NCBI GenBank assembly: GCA_963747235.1
Contig: CAVVEU010000004.1
Location: forward strand, 1-64,000
From: an uncultured Candidatus Rokubacteria bacterium
Lineage (GTDB): Bacteria > Methylomirabilota > Methylomirabilia > Rokubacteriales > CSP1-6
DNA length: 64,000 bases
Direction: 5' to 3'
Positions 8,550-20,042 of this stretch are shown here, one piece after another; the first letter of the stretch is position 1, and every line of letters starts with the position of its first letter. Made by a program: the position numbers and the translations under genes. The notes under the pieces are model-generated. The model was given only the letters and a program-made list of their open reading frames with translations. It was not told where the DNA came from and made no database searches.

Positions 8550-10586
8550 TTACTTGGTGAGCGTGCGCACGCCTCGACGAGCCACCCGGTCATCGCCGCG
8601 CCCGACGCCCGCGGCGTGGAGGCTCGGGACGAGATCGCCGCGCACGATGAGATCCGAGACCTCGAGCCGCGCTCGCGCTTCGCCACGCTGCTCCGCGACT
8701 AGGGCGCAATCGACGCGCTGTCCGGTCTTGACCGCGTAGCAGGTGCCGGCCGTCAACCCGACGCGGTGGGCATACCAGGTCGTCCCGTCGGTGAAGCTGC
8801 CATCCCGGAACACCACGAGGGAGCTCTGGGCCTGGGTCAGATCCCGGCCCAGCATCAGGCCCGACTCGTGCCGGATCCCCAGGAGCGAGAGAAGCGTCGG
8901 GGCGATGTCGAGGTGCCCGCCGGTGACGGTCCTGACGCCGGCCTTCTCGCCGTGCGGCAGCCGGATCAACATCGGGACCTTTTTCCGGACCTGGAGCGTC
9001 CGATATTCGTCCCCGGCCGCGATGCCCAGGAGGCGACCGAGCTCGGGGGGATCGCCGAGAAAGCCGTGGTGATCGCCGTAGAGCACGACGACGGAGGTGT
9101 CCAGGAGGCCCGCCGCGCGGAGGCGATCCACGAACGTGCCGAAGGCGCGGTCGAAGTAGCGGACCGACTGCAGGTAGTCGCCGAGCAGGGTGCCTTCGAG
9201 ATCGCCCAGCGAGAGCTCGCGATGCTCGGGAGGCAAGCGGTAGGGATGGTGGTTCGAGGCGGTCAGCAGGAACGCCATGAAGGGCGCGGGCTGGGCCTTG
9301 AGGAACGACGTGGTCTGCGCGAAGAACTCGTGATCGGCCAGCCAGGGACCGATACGCTCCGTCATCCGGTAGCGGTCCTCGAAGAAGGATCGCTTGAAGC
9401 CGAGGCCGGCATGCATGGCCCGCATGTTCCAGAAATCCGCCGGGGCCGCGCAGGCCGAGACGGTCATGTACCCCTGCTCGGAGAGGATGCGCGGGAGGCC
9501 CCGGTGGTGGTTATAGGCGAAGTGATTGGAGAGCACGCCGACCGCCAGCGGATGGAGCGAGTGCATGGCCGCGAACTCGGCGTCCGACGTCGTGCCCAGG
9601 TGCGTCTGATCGTGGAAGCTCGTGAAGTGAAGACTCTCCCGGGCGAAGGCGGACAGGCGCGGAGTGATCGGCTGGCCGTTGATCTCCAGATCCATCGGGA
9701 ACGCCTGCAGGGACTCGGCGTTGATCACGATGACGTTCTTCCCGCGCGCGTGGCCGAAGAGCGGAGAGGCGCCCTGCGTGCTGCGCGAGTGATCGGCCAG
9801 GAAGCGAGCGACCCGCTGACGCTCGCGCTCCCCGATGGTCGGCTTGGCCGTGGCCAGCCGCAGCGCCAGGTCGCCCAGGTGGTAGGGCAAGATGCCGATC
9901 GCCGAGGCGAGCTCGATGCGAGGGCTCGAGTACGCCAGCAGCGCCGGCCCGTTTCGCCACGCCATCCGCACGGTCGGGACCGCGAGCACGAGACCCGCGC
10001 CGAGCACCGCGAACGCGACCCCGATTCGCACCGGGCGCGGCAGGGGTGGAATCGCCCGGCAGGCCTGCCGGTACCAGGGCAGGAGGAGCAGGCCCGCGAC
10101 GATGTCGAGATAGTAGAGCGCGTTCAGGGTGGAGAGCGATTCGAAGACGCGCGGCAGCACCCCCAGCACCATGGGCGCCATGACCACGTCCGAAAGGGAG
10201 ACGACGTCGGCGTAGAAACGGACGTGCACGAGATCGGTGATGCCCAGCGACGTCAGGAACAGGTTGAGGAAGAGGAGCGTCAGAAGGCGCGGGAGGCGCG
10301 GCAGCACCAGCAGGGAGGCCACGAGGAGCAGGAGGCCGGCGAGCGTCGCGGCCAGCACCTCGGGGTGGGCCTGTACCGCGCTCACGGCATGGAAGGCCGG
10401 ACGCATCCACTGGATGATCGTCTCTTCCGGCGCCCACCACTCGCCGGGCAGGAGCGCGCTGAAGTAGACCAGCTTCGCCCAGAGCAGCGCCACCATCGCG
10501 GCCAGGGGACCGACCTCGAGCAGCCAGCGGAGGCCCGCGCGTGGCGGGGCCGGACTCAAGGGGTCGGTGGAGGCGGGCGCGGGCAT
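8550..10586 (-). CDS. LTA synthase family protein (membrane-anchored sulfatase fold)
   Basis: N-terminal TM helices; NVIVINAESLQ, G.TSDAEF (catalytic Thr), SNHHPY, YGDHHG, DIAPTLL. Confidence 0.88.
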   Translation of the reverse strand: MPAPASTDPLSPAPPRAGLRWLLEVGPLAAMVALLWAKLVYFSALLPGEWWAPEETIIQWMRPAFHAVSAVQAHPEVLAATLAGLLLLVASLLVLPRLPRLLTLLFLNLFLTSLGITDLVHVRFYADVVSLSDVVMAPMVLGVLPRVFESLSTLNALYYLDIVAGLLLLPWYRQACRAIPPLPRPVRIGVAFAVLGAGLVLAVPTVRMAWRNGPALLAYSSPRIELASAIGILPYHLGDLALRLATAKPTIGERERQRVARFLADHSRSTQGASPLFGHARGKNVIVINAESLQAFPMDLEINGQPITPRLSAFARESLHFTSFHDQTHLGTTSDAEFAAMHSLHPLAVGVLSNHFAYNHHRGLPRILSEQGYMTVSACAAPADFWNMRAMHAGLGFKRSFFEDRYRMTERIGPWLADHEFFAQTTSFLKAQPAPFMAFLLTASNHHPYRLPPEHRELSLGDLEGTLLGDYLQSVRYFDRAFGTFVDRLRAAGLLDTSVVVLYGDHHGFLGDPPELGRLLGIAAGDEYRTLQVRKKVPMLIRLPHGEKAGVRTVTGGHLDIAPTLLSLLGIRHESGLMLGRDLTQAQSSLVVFRDGSFTDGTTWYAHRVGLTAGTCYAVKTGQRVDCALVAEQRGEARARLEVSDLIVRGDLVPSLHAAGVGRGDDRVARRGVRTLTK

Positions 10587-10678
10587 CGGACAACGGTGGG
10601 GGGTGGAGGCCGCCGGTGTCAAGTACCCGGCGGTACGCCTCCGGGATGGCTTATCATGACCGGCCAGAGGGGGACGCC

Positions 10679-11821
10679 ATGGACTACACGCGGATCTCCG
10701 CCGACTGCCACATCGACATGCCCTGGATCCCGCCCGATCTCTTCACGGCCAACGCGTCCGCCGCCCTGCGCGAGCGCATGCCGTATGTCACCGATGGGCC
10801 CGACGGCCCGTGCTGGGTGGCGAAGAACGGCGCCGCGTTCGGTCTCGTGGGCGGCGTCGGGCCCTCCGGCCAGAAGTACGTGCCGGGCCTCCACTACCGC
10901 GCCGACGTGATGGCGTCGACCGGTTTGTACGATGACGGCCGGAAGGGGATACGCCGGCCGACCGATCCGCATCTCCGCATCCTGGACATGGAGCGGGACG
11001 GCGTGCAGGCCGAGATCATCTTCGGCATCCTGGGCGCGGCCACGCGGCTGCGCGATCACGAGGCGGCCACCGAGATGTTCCGCATCTACAACGACTGGCT
11101 CGTGGACTTCTGCCGCCACTACCCGGCGCGCCAGATCGGCCTGGCCTGCCTGCCCCACGGCGACGTCGGCGCGGCGGTGCGCGAGATCGATCGGGTGGCG
11201 AAGCTGGGGCTGCGCGGCCTCGAGCTGTCGTGCTCGTGGGACATGGAGCCGATGTGGCACCCGTCGTGGGAGCCCCTCTGGCAGGCGGTGAACGAGGTGG
11301 GCCTGCCGCTGCACTTCCACACCTTCCCGACCATGCCGCCCAGCGTGCGGGAGAAGGCCACCGGCCTCACCCGGCGCGCCGCCATGTTCACCAGCGTCTC
11401 GGGGTTCCAGATGAACCTCATCAACATCCTGGCCGCGGTGATCGGGAGCGCGGTGCTCGAGCGCTACCCGCGGATCCGCATCTCGTTCGGCGAGAGCGGG
11501 ATCGGCTGGCTGCCCTACGCGCTCGACCGCATGGACTTCGAGTGGGAGGACCGCTTCCGCGACCTGGGGCTCCGGATGAAGCCGAGCGACTACTGGCGGC
11601 GGCAGTGCAAGGCCACGTTCCAGTTCGACCGCATCGGCACCCAGATGATCCACGAGATCGGCGAGGACACGCTCATGTGGGGCTCCGACTATCCCCACGG
11701 CGACGGGGTGTGGCCGGAGTCCTCCAAGTACATCGAGGAGCAGTTCGGCCACCTGCCCGCCGCGACCGTGCGCAAGATCGTCTGCGAGAACGCGGGGAAG
11801 TTCTACGGCCTGATCACGTAG
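10679..11821 (+). CDS. amidohydrolase family protein (amidohydro_2)
   Basis: ISADCH, DMERDGV, YNDW, LHFH, ESGIGW, MWGSDYPH. Confidence 0.92.
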   Translation: MDYTRISADCHIDMPWIPPDLFTANASAALRERMPYVTDGPDGPCWVAKNGAAFGLVGGVGPSGQKYVPGLHYRADVMASTGLYDDGRKGIRRPTDPHLRILDMERDGVQAEIIFGILGAATRLRDHEAATEMFRIYNDWLVDFCRHYPARQIGLACLPHGDVGAAVREIDRVAKLGLRGLELSCSWDMEPMWHPSWEPLWQAVNEVGLPLHFHTFPTMPPSVREKATGLTRRAAMFTSVSGFQMNLINILAAVIGSAVLERYPRIRISFGESGIGWLPYALDRMDFEWEDRFRDLGLRMKPSDYWRRQCKATFQFDRIGTQMIHEIGEDTLMWGSDYPHGDGVWPESSKYIEEQFGHLPAATVRKIVCENAGKFYGLIT

Positions 11822-11827
11822 CCGGGC

Positions 11828-12713
11828 TCAGATGCGCTCGACGGCCGGCCGACCGAACATCCCGTACGGCCGCGCGAACAGCATCGCGATCAGCGCGAGG
11901 TAGGAGGCGACGCTGCTGAATCCGCCCCCCACGAAGGGATCGAGATAGCCGGCGGCCAGGCTCTCCAGCACGCCGATGGCCAGGGCGGCGACGATGGTCC
12001 CGGGGATGCTGTCGAGGCCCCCGACGATCACGATCGGGAACACCTTGAGCCCCACCAGCACGACCCCGAATCCGCTGCCCGCCACGAAGACCCACAGCGT
12101 GCCGGTGAGGACCGAGATCGTGGCCATCATCGCCCACGCGATCGAGAGGTGGCGATGGATGATCGATGCCCATCGCCATCGCGATCTGCTGGTCGTCGGC
12201 GATGGCCCGGAGCGCCAGCCCGGTGCGGCTGCGGCGGAAGAACCAGCTCACGACGGCCACGCAGACGGTGGCGATCGCCGCGGTCAGGAGCTTCTCGGGC
12301 GAGAGCGGCAGGCCACCCGCGATGAGTGGATCCGACGGGAAGGGCAGCGGAATCGCGCTGGGGATACCCCCGAGCACCAGAGGGGTCGCTCCGCGCATGA
12401 GCATGCCGAGACCGAGGGTGACCATGATCACGGAGATCATCGGGCGCCCGACGAGCCGGCGCAGGACCAGTCGGTTGAAGACGAGGGCCCCCGCGACGGT
12501 GGCGGCACATGCGAGACCGATGGCTCCGGCGAGCCCGAGGCCCATCGCGTGGAGGCCGGTCGCGACCAGTCGTGAGCCCAGCATCGCCCACTCGCCCAGC
12601 GCGAAGTTGACCATGCGGGAGGTCTTGTAGACGACGACGAACGCCAGGGCGATCAGGGCATAGAGGGGGCCGGCCAGGAGTCCATCCACGAGGAGGGAGA
12701 CGAAGAACAGCAC
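11828..12713 (-). CDS. branched-chain amino acid ABC permease (LivH-like), frameshift near 12160
   Basis: LYALIALAF..VNFALGE, RTGLALRAIADD; second frame IVGGLDSIPG...RPYGMFG. Confidence 0.85.
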
Positions 12714-12747
12714 TCAGGTAGACCGAGCGGGCGGCGCCGGGTCGCCG

Positions 12748-15700
12748 CTACAAGCGCGCGAGTGTGCTGGTCACCGTCTCGAGATCACGATCCGCGCCGA
12801 CCTGCCTGAACAGCGCGCCGGCCCGCCCCAGGGCCGGGACGGCCTGATCGCGGCCTCCGGGGGCCCCGCGCTGCAGCAGCGGTCATGGCCATCGCGTGGT
12901 GGGCGCGCGCCTCGTCGTAGGGGAGCTCGAAGGCCCGCGTGACCGCGATGGCTCGCTCGAAATGGCCGTCGGCCTCCTCCCAGCGGTGGCCGGCGGCGGC
13001 GAGCCGACCGCGGACGATCTCGAGCCGGCCCGGGAGGCCGTACCACTGCCGGTCGGGGTCGAGAAGGGCGAGGCTCCGACGGACGCACGCGTCGACGATG
13101 TCCAGACGCTGCATCGCGAGCGCCACCTCGGCGAGCTCGGTCAGCCCCCAGGACTCGAGGAGCACGTTGCCGCCGCTCCGGGAGATCTCGAGCGCTTCGT
13201 CCAGCATGGCGTGGGCCGCCTTCAGGTCCGCCTGCTTTCCATGCAGGTGCCCGAGGACGACGAGACAGGCGGCGTAGGCCGCGACATTCCGGCCACGGTT
13301 CTTCGCCGCCGCGGCGTCGAGGTAGGCGCGGGCCCGGTCCCACTGGCCGCGTCGCGCGTAGAAGAACCCCACGCTCGCGGCGTCCTCGAAGAGGCATCCG
13401 AGCTGGGTATCACGCTCGATCCTGACGATCGCCTCGCAGGCCTCCTCCCCCTTGGCCACGTCGCCGGACAGCGCGTAGACCAGCGCCAGGGGACGCCGGA
13501 GCAGGCCCTCGAACACCGGGCTCGCCTTCATCGCGAGCGGCAGCGCCTTCTCGCCCCAGGCGCGCGCCCGGGGCACGTCGAGCGCCAGCGCGAGGGTGAG
13601 GGTCAGCTCGTGCCCGAGACCCGCGATCACGAGCGGATTCGCGGCGGCCACGACCGCGTCCCAGTTCTGCTCGTTGTAGGCGACGCCCTCGTCGAGGCGC
13701 CCCATGTACGAGAGGATCGTTCCCCGCGAGGTCCCCATCGGAATGTTCAGGCGCGCGAAGAGATCCACGGCTCGGTTCGCCCAGCCCAGGCTCGTCGACG
13801 GCTGTCCGCGATGCAGGTGCAGGTGGGCCGCTCGCTGATAGATCAGGCCCTTCTCCAGGCTGTCGTCGTCGGTCTCCACGCTGGCCGCCACCGCTTCCAG
13901 ATGACGCCGGGCGCGATCCTCCTCGGCCGCGTCGCCGTACCCGTCGGTGGACAGGCGCGAGATGTCGAGATGCATCCGCAGCGCGTTCCGCTTGTCGCCG
14001 AGGGCCTGGTACACCTCGAGCGCCCCTTCGACGTAGCGGAGGCTCGCGGCGGCATCGCCCAGAAAGATGCTGGCGGTGCCCAGCTTGTGCAGCAGGGCCG
14101 CTTCGATGGCTCGATCCCCGCCGTGGTGGAGCTCGAGCGCCTCGCGGTAGAGGGCCAGCGCCTCCCGGTTCGAGAATGCGGCCGCCGCGCGGTCCCCCGC
14201 CTCGATCAGGTACTTGACGGCCTTGCCCGCGACCTCGCCGCGAGCAAAGTGATACGCCAGCGCGCTGCCGTGCTCGGAGAGGGTCGGCGGGGTCATCTCC
14301 TCGAGGGCCTCGCCGATGAGGCGGTGGAGCTGCTTGCGACGAGGGGCGAGGAGGCTCTGGTACACCACCTCCTGGAAGATGGCGTGCTTGAAGGCGTACT
14401 CCGGCTCGGGGAAGAACTGGGTCTCGTGCACGAGCTCGGCGCGCTTGAGCACCTCCAGGTGTGCCGCCACGTCCTCCGGCGCCTCGACGGTTCGTGAGAG
14501 CAGGCTCACGCTGAAGTGCCGGCCGACGACGGCGCCGACCTGGAGCGTGCGCCGCGCCGGCTCCGGAATGCGATCGAAGCGGGCGCTCACGATGTCCTGG
14601 ATGCTGGCCGGGAAGTCGACGTCCGCGGCGCCCATCCAGCGCACCTGCTTCTGCTCCCGGCGCAGCACGCCGCGCTCGAACATCGAGCGGACGATCTCCT
14701 CGACGAAGAGGGGATTGCCCTCGGCCTTCTCCCAGACCAGGTCCGCGAGCTCCGGCGGCATCTCGGTCGTCCCGAGGAGGTTCGACACCATCGCGCTCAC
14801 TTCCGTGGTCTCGAGGAGATCGAGGCCGATCTGGGCGGAATAGGCGGTCCAGCGGGGGGTGTAGCCGGGGCGATGGGTGGTCAGGAGCAGCAGCGGCATT
14901 CCCGGCAGGCTGTCGATGAGCTGGACGAGGTACTCCTCCGACGTGGTGTCGATCCAGTGGAGGTCCTCGAGGACGACGACGAGCGGCCGGCGCTGGGCGG
15001 CGGCCATGGTGAGCGCCCGGATCGTCTCGAAGATGCGCTGGCGCTTCGAGTGCGGATCGAGGCGTTGCAGCGCGTCGCTCGAGACCGGCAGGCCGAACAC
15101 CATCTCGAGCACGGGAAGGACGGTCTCGGGGTCCATCTCGAGCTGTCGGACGCCGTGCCGGATCTTCTCCCGGATCTGCGACGCGCTGTCGTCGGTCTCG
15201 ATGCGGAAGCTCATCCGCATCACGTGGAGGATCGGCTGATACGGCACGGATTGGCCCGAGGCCGAGCACTGGCCCTCGAGCCAGGTGATGGCCTCCCCCT
15301 GGAGCGCGCGGCGAAACTCGTGCACCAGTCGCGACTTTCCGACGCCCGCCTCGCCGACGATGCTCACCACCTGCCCGCGCCCGGCGCGCGCGCGCGCCAG
15401 GCGCTCGTTCAGCAGCTTGAGGTCGCGCTCGCGGCCGACGAACGAGGTGAGGCCGCGCTCGGCGGAGACCTGGAAGCGGCTCCGGCTGGCCCGCACGCCC
15501 AGCAACCGGTGCGCCACGACCGCCTCCGCGCGCCCCCTGATCGCGAGCGGTCCCAGGGAATCGAGCCGGACGTAGCCCTCCACGAGCCGCGCGGTGTCGT
15601 CGCTGATCAGGATGTCCCCGGGGTCGGCGAGGACCTGGAGCCGGGCGGCGAGATGGGTGGTGTCGCCGACCGCGGTGTAGTCCATCCGGAGATCGTCCCC

Positions 15701-16285
15701 GATGCGGCCGACGACGACGAGCCCGCTGTTGAGTCCCATCCGCACGCGCAGGGCGGCGCCCTCCCGGGTCCCGGGGCGCTCGTTGAAGGCCCGCAGCGCG
15801 TCGCGGATTCCCAGCGCGGCATAGATCGCCCGCAGCGCGTGCTGCTCGAGGGCGACCGGCGCGCCGAAGAGCGCCATCAAGCCATCGCCCAGGAACTGGT
15901 TGACGGTTCCTTCGTAGCGGTGGACGGCCTCCGCCATCAGCCGGAGGGCCTGGTCCATGATCTCGTGCATCCCTTCGGGGCCGAGCTGTTCCGCCAGCCG
16001 GTAGGATTCGACCACGTCGCAGAACAGGACGGTGACCCGTTTCCGCTCGCCTTCCAGGGCGCTCCGGGTGGTCAGGACGCGGTCGGCGAGATGCTTCGGG
16101 GTGTAGGCCTCGGGTCCGGCGCCGGACGGCGGGGAGCCCAGGGGCGCGCCGCAGCCACCGCAGAAATGGTCGAGGGGCTTGTTGACGAAACCGCAGCGGA
16201 CACAGCCACGCGGGAGGGCCTCACCACATGCGGAGCAGAACAGCCGCCCGGAATCATTCTCTGCGCTGCATCGCCCGCAGATCAT
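12748..16285 (-). CDS. double zinc ribbon + class III adenylate/guanylate cyclase + AAA (STAND-like) ATPase + TPR protein (frameshift near 12865)
   Basis: Four CxxC at the N-terminus; VLFCDV, FLGDGLMALFGAP, GDTTHLAARLQ; GEAGVGKSRL, LEDLHW, GNPLF; TPR-like helices. The true C-terminus ...TSTLARL* ends at 12748. Confidence 0.9.
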
Positions 16286-16474
16286 GACGATACACGGACG
16301 CCATATCGCATGAGGAAGCGAGGATCGCGGCCCCGGTCAATGCGGCGTCAACACGGGGCCGGGCAAAGGACGGGGCTTGACCCGGTCGCCCGCCAAGACT
16401 AAGCTCTCGCCACCGTCCGACCGGGTCGGCCCGGCCCCCCTGGATCCGAGGGGCTGCCGGGCAGGAGAGATGCC

Positions 16475-17308
16475 ATGGCGATTCTGACGATCTCCCACGA
16501 AATGGGCAGCGGCGGTGCCGAGATCGGCATGGCCTTGGCGACCCGCCTCGGGTACACCTACGTCGACAACGAGGAGCTGCTCGGCCGGGCGCAGAAGTAC
16601 GGGCTGGCCGAGGAACGCCTCGCGCGCCTCGTGGAAGACCGGCCGTCCTGGGTCGAGCGCTTCGATGCGGAGACGCGCCGCTGCATCCTGGCCCTCCAGG
16701 CGGTGCTCTACGAGTTCGCGCAGGCCGATAATGCCGTCCTGATCGGCGGCGGTGGCCAGTGGCTCCTCCGGGGGGTGCCCCACGCGCTCCGGACGAGGAT
16801 CGTGGCGCCCTTCCCCGAGCGCGTGACCCGGCTGACCGCCACCCTGTCGGCGCAAGGGCGCGAGCGCGTCACGCCGAAGACCGTCGCCCAGTTCATTCGC
16901 CGGGACGACATCCAGAAAGCGTCGCGGATGCGCTATCTCTTCGACGCCGACATCAAGGATCCCGGCCTCTACGACATCCTGATCAACACCGCGGGCTTCT
17001 CCCGCGCGGCCGCGGTGGAGCTGCTGGCCGAGGTGGCCCGGCGGCCCGAGTTCGCCACCACGGACGCGGCCACGGAGCTCGTGGCCGACCGCGTCGTGGC
17101 GTCCCAGGTGGAAGTCGCGCTCGCCGGCCATCCCGACATGCGGCGGTACCGGATCGACGTGGAGTCCACCCGCGGCCTGGTGACGCTCGAGCTGCCCGCC
17201 GGCGTGGACCCCGACGCGGCCCTCGCGGTGGCGAGAGGCGTCGCGGGCGTGCGGGACGTCAAGCTGAGAATCGCGGAGCTCCCGGTGGCGACCCCGTTCC
17301 CGGGGTGA
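16475..17308 (+). CDS. cytidylate kinase-like family protein with C-terminal BON domain
   Basis: ILTISHEMGSGG.EIG..LA..LGY, YDILINT; C-terminal IDVESTRGLVTL...ARGVAGVRDV (BON). Confidence 0.85.
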   Translation: MAILTISHEMGSGGAEIGMALATRLGYTYVDNEELLGRAQKYGLAEERLARLVEDRPSWVERFDAETRRCILALQAVLYEFAQADNAVLIGGGGQWLLRGVPHALRTRIVAPFPERVTRLTATLSAQGRERVTPKTVAQFIRRDDIQKASRMRYLFDADIKDPGLYDILINTAGFSRAAAVELLAEVARRPEFATTDAATELVADRVVASQVEVALAGHPDMRRYRIDVESTRGLVTLELPAGVDPDAALAVARGVAGVRDVKLRIAELPVATPFPG

Positions 17309-17332
17309 GTATGTTCGGTAGATCCGTTTCTG

Positions 17333-17360
17333 AGCAGCGGGTGCGGCCACCGCTGCTTTC
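17333..17360 (+). terminator. GC-rich hairpin with short T tract, candidate intrinsic terminator
   Basis: AGCAGCGG-G-TG/CGGC/CA-CCGCTGCT followed by TTC, 25 bp after the stop. Confidence 0.45.
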
Positions 17361-17454
17361 GTGAGCAGCTCCCCGCGCCGCCGGCGCCTCTGACCCGGCG
17401 AAACGGCGCGAATCAGGCCTCGTCAGCGGGGCACGTCGGTTGCATGATGCGCGC

Positions 17455-18414
17455 ATGCCGTTACTGACCGTCCGCGACCTCAGCGTGTCCTTCGAGACAC
17501 GCGACGGCACCGTGTGCGCGGTGAACGACGTGACCTTCTCGCTCGAGGCGGGCAAGGTGCTCGCGCTCCTGGGCGAGTCGGGATCCGGGAAGAGCGTCAC
17601 CCTCCGGGCGATCCTCGGGCTGCACCAGGGCGCGCGCACGCGCGTGAGCGGCGAGGTGCTCGTGAAGGGGCAAGACGTCAACCGGCTCGCCGAGCGCGCG
17701 CGCGAGGCGCTGCGCGGCAGCGTCGTCTCCCTCGTGTTCCAGGAGCCGATGACCGCGCTCGATCCGGTCTACACCATCGGCCAGCAGATCGCGGAGACGC
17801 TCGCGCAGCACCGCCGGCTCGACCGCGGGGCGGCGCGCCGGCGCGCGCGCGAGCTGCTCGATCTGGTGCAGGTCCCGTCGCCGGAGCGCTGCCTGGCCAG
17901 CTACCCGCACGAGATCTCGGGCGGCATGCGCCAGCGCGCGATGATCGCGATCGCGCTCGCGTGCGAGCCCGAGCTCCTGCTCGCCGACGAGCCGACCACC
18001 GCGCTCGACGTCACGGTGCAGGCGCAGATCCTCTGGCTGCTGCGCGACCTGCAGAAGCGCCTCGACCTCGCGGTGATCTTCGTCACCCACGATCTCGGCG
18101 TCGCGGCGGAGATCGCGGACGACGCGGCCGTGATGTACGCCGGGCGCATCGTCGAGCAGGCCCCGATCCGCGAGCTGTTCCGCCGTCCCGCGCACCCGTA
18201 CACCGCCGGCCTGATGCAGGCCACGGTGCGCCGCGGCCAGAAGGGGCGCCCCCTCGTCCCGATCGCGGGCGCGCCGCCCAACCTCGCCGCGCTGCCGCCC
18301 GGCTGCTCGTTCGCGCCGCGGTGCCCGGGCGCGCTCGAGATGTGCACGACCACCGCGCCGGCGTTCCACCCCGTGGCCTCCGGCCACACCGCCCGCTGTC
18401 ACCTCGTCGCCTAG
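17455..18414 (+). CDS. dipeptide/oligopeptide ABC transporter ATP-binding protein (OppD/DppD-like)
   Basis: [32 protein letters not shown], oligo_HPY tail. Confidence 0.93.
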   Translation: MPLLTVRDLSVSFETRDGTVCAVNDVTFSLEAGKVLALLGESGSGKSVTLRAILGLHQGARTRVSGEVLVKGQDVNRLAERAREALRGSVVSLVFQEPMTALDPVYTIGQQIAETLAQHRRLDRGAARRRARELLDLVQVPSPERCLASYPHEISGGMRQRAMIAIALACEPELLLADEPTTALDVTVQAQILWLLRDLQKRLDLAVIFVTHDLGVAAEIADDAAVMYAGRIVEQAPIRELFRRPAHPYTAGLMQATVRRGQKGRPLVPIAGAPPNLAALPPGCSFAPRCPGALEMCTTTAPAFHPVASGHTARCHLVA

Positions 18415-18424
18415 GAGACTCGCC

Positions 18425-20033
18425 ATGAGACGCTTCGTCATCCTGCTCCTCGCCCCGCTGCTCGCCTTGATCCTGCCGCTCTCCCTGACCGGCCCCGCCC
18501 TCGCGCAGGGCACGCTGCGGATCGGCATGACCGCCAGCGACATTCCCTACACCGGCGGCCAGACCGACAACGGCTTCGAAGGCTTCCGCTTCGTCGGCTA
18601 CCAGATCTACGAGCCGCTGATCGCCTGGGACCTCACCCGCGGCGACCGCCTGGCTCCGCTGGTGCCCGGGCTCGCCGAGTCGTGGGAGCCGCGCAAGGAC
18701 GCGCCGACGAAGTGGGTGTTCAAGCTGCGGAAGGGCGTCACCTTCCACGACGGCAGCCCGTTCAACGCGGACGCGGTGGTCTTCTCGTTCGAGTCGATCA
18801 AGAAGAAGGACGCGCCGCACTTCGACACCTACGGCTCGGGCCAGGTCAGCTTCCGGCTCGCCTCGATCGTCGGGGTCACCAAGATCGACGACTACACGGT
18901 GGAGTTCGAGACCAACAAGCCCACCAGCTTCGTGCCGTACCAGATCTGCTACATGCTCATCGTGTCGCCGACCCAGTGGCAGAAGGTCAAGGACTGGCGC
19001 AAGTTCGCCGAGCAGCCGTCGGGCACCGGCCCCTTCAAGGTGACCAAGTTCGTGCCGCGCGAGCGGCTCGAGCTCGACGCCAACAAGAGCTACTGGGACG
19101 CCAAGCGCCGGCCCAAGATCGACAAGCTCGTGCTGCTGCCGCTGCCGGAGCCGACCACGCGGCTGGCCGCGCTGCGCAGCGGGCAGGTGGACTGGATCGA
19201 GGTGCCGCCCCCGGACTCGATCCCGCAGCTCAAGGGCGGCGGGTTCACGATCACGATGAACAGCTATCCGCACAACTGGACGCACACCCTGCGGCTGGAC
19301 AAGGAGCCCTGGAGCAACAAGCTGGTCCGCAAGGCGGCCAACTACGCCATCGACCGGGTCGGCATCTGCAAGAGCCTGCTCAACGACACCTGCATCCCGG
19401 CCACCGGCGTGGTCTACAAGGGCCATCCGTGGTTCGGCAAGCCGAAGGAGATCTACGAGTACAACCCGGCCAAGGCCAAGGACCTGCTGCGCCAGGCCGG
19501 CTTCGACGCGAGCCAAGCATCCCGCGAAGGCGGTGCAGCTCATCTCGACCTCCGGCTCGGGCCAGATGCTGCCCCTGGCGATGAACGAGCTCATCCAGAA
19601 GAACCTCAAGGACGTGGGCATCGACGTGGACCTGCAGCCGGTGGAGTGGAACACGCTGCTCACGCGCTGGCGGGCCGGCTTCAAGACGCCGGAGAACGAG
19701 GGCATCAACGCCTGGAACATCTCGTGGAACTTCCTCGAGCCCTGGAGCGGGTTCGGCCGGTTCTTCCACAGCAAGTCGGTGGTGCCGGTCTCGGTCAACA
19801 CGATGCCCTACATCAACCCGGAGGCGGACAAGCTCATCGACGAGGCGGAGCGGACCTTCGACGTGGCCAAGCAGAACGAGCTCCTCGCGCGGCTGCACGA
19901 GCTGATCGTCGACGACGCCCCGTGGATCTTCGTGGTGCACGACCAGAACCCCCGGGCGCTGTCCCCGAAGGTGAAGGGGTTCGTCCAGCCCCAGAGCTGG
20001 TTCGTGGACCTGACCGCGGTGACGGTGAGGTAG
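18425..20033 (+). CDS. family 5 ABC substrate-binding protein (frameshift near 19515)
   Basis: Signal peptide; PGLAESWE, LRKGVTFHDG, GTGPFK, VRKAANYAIDR; second frame continues to LHELIVDDAPW. Confidence 0.9.
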
Positions 20034-20042
20034 CGCCGCCTC

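Noticed and set aside
17360-17450. GC-rich pairing upstream of the peptide ABC operon as a riboswitch
   Set aside because: Stems can be drawn, but I recognise no conserved aptamer motif; it would need an Rfam/Infernal hit.
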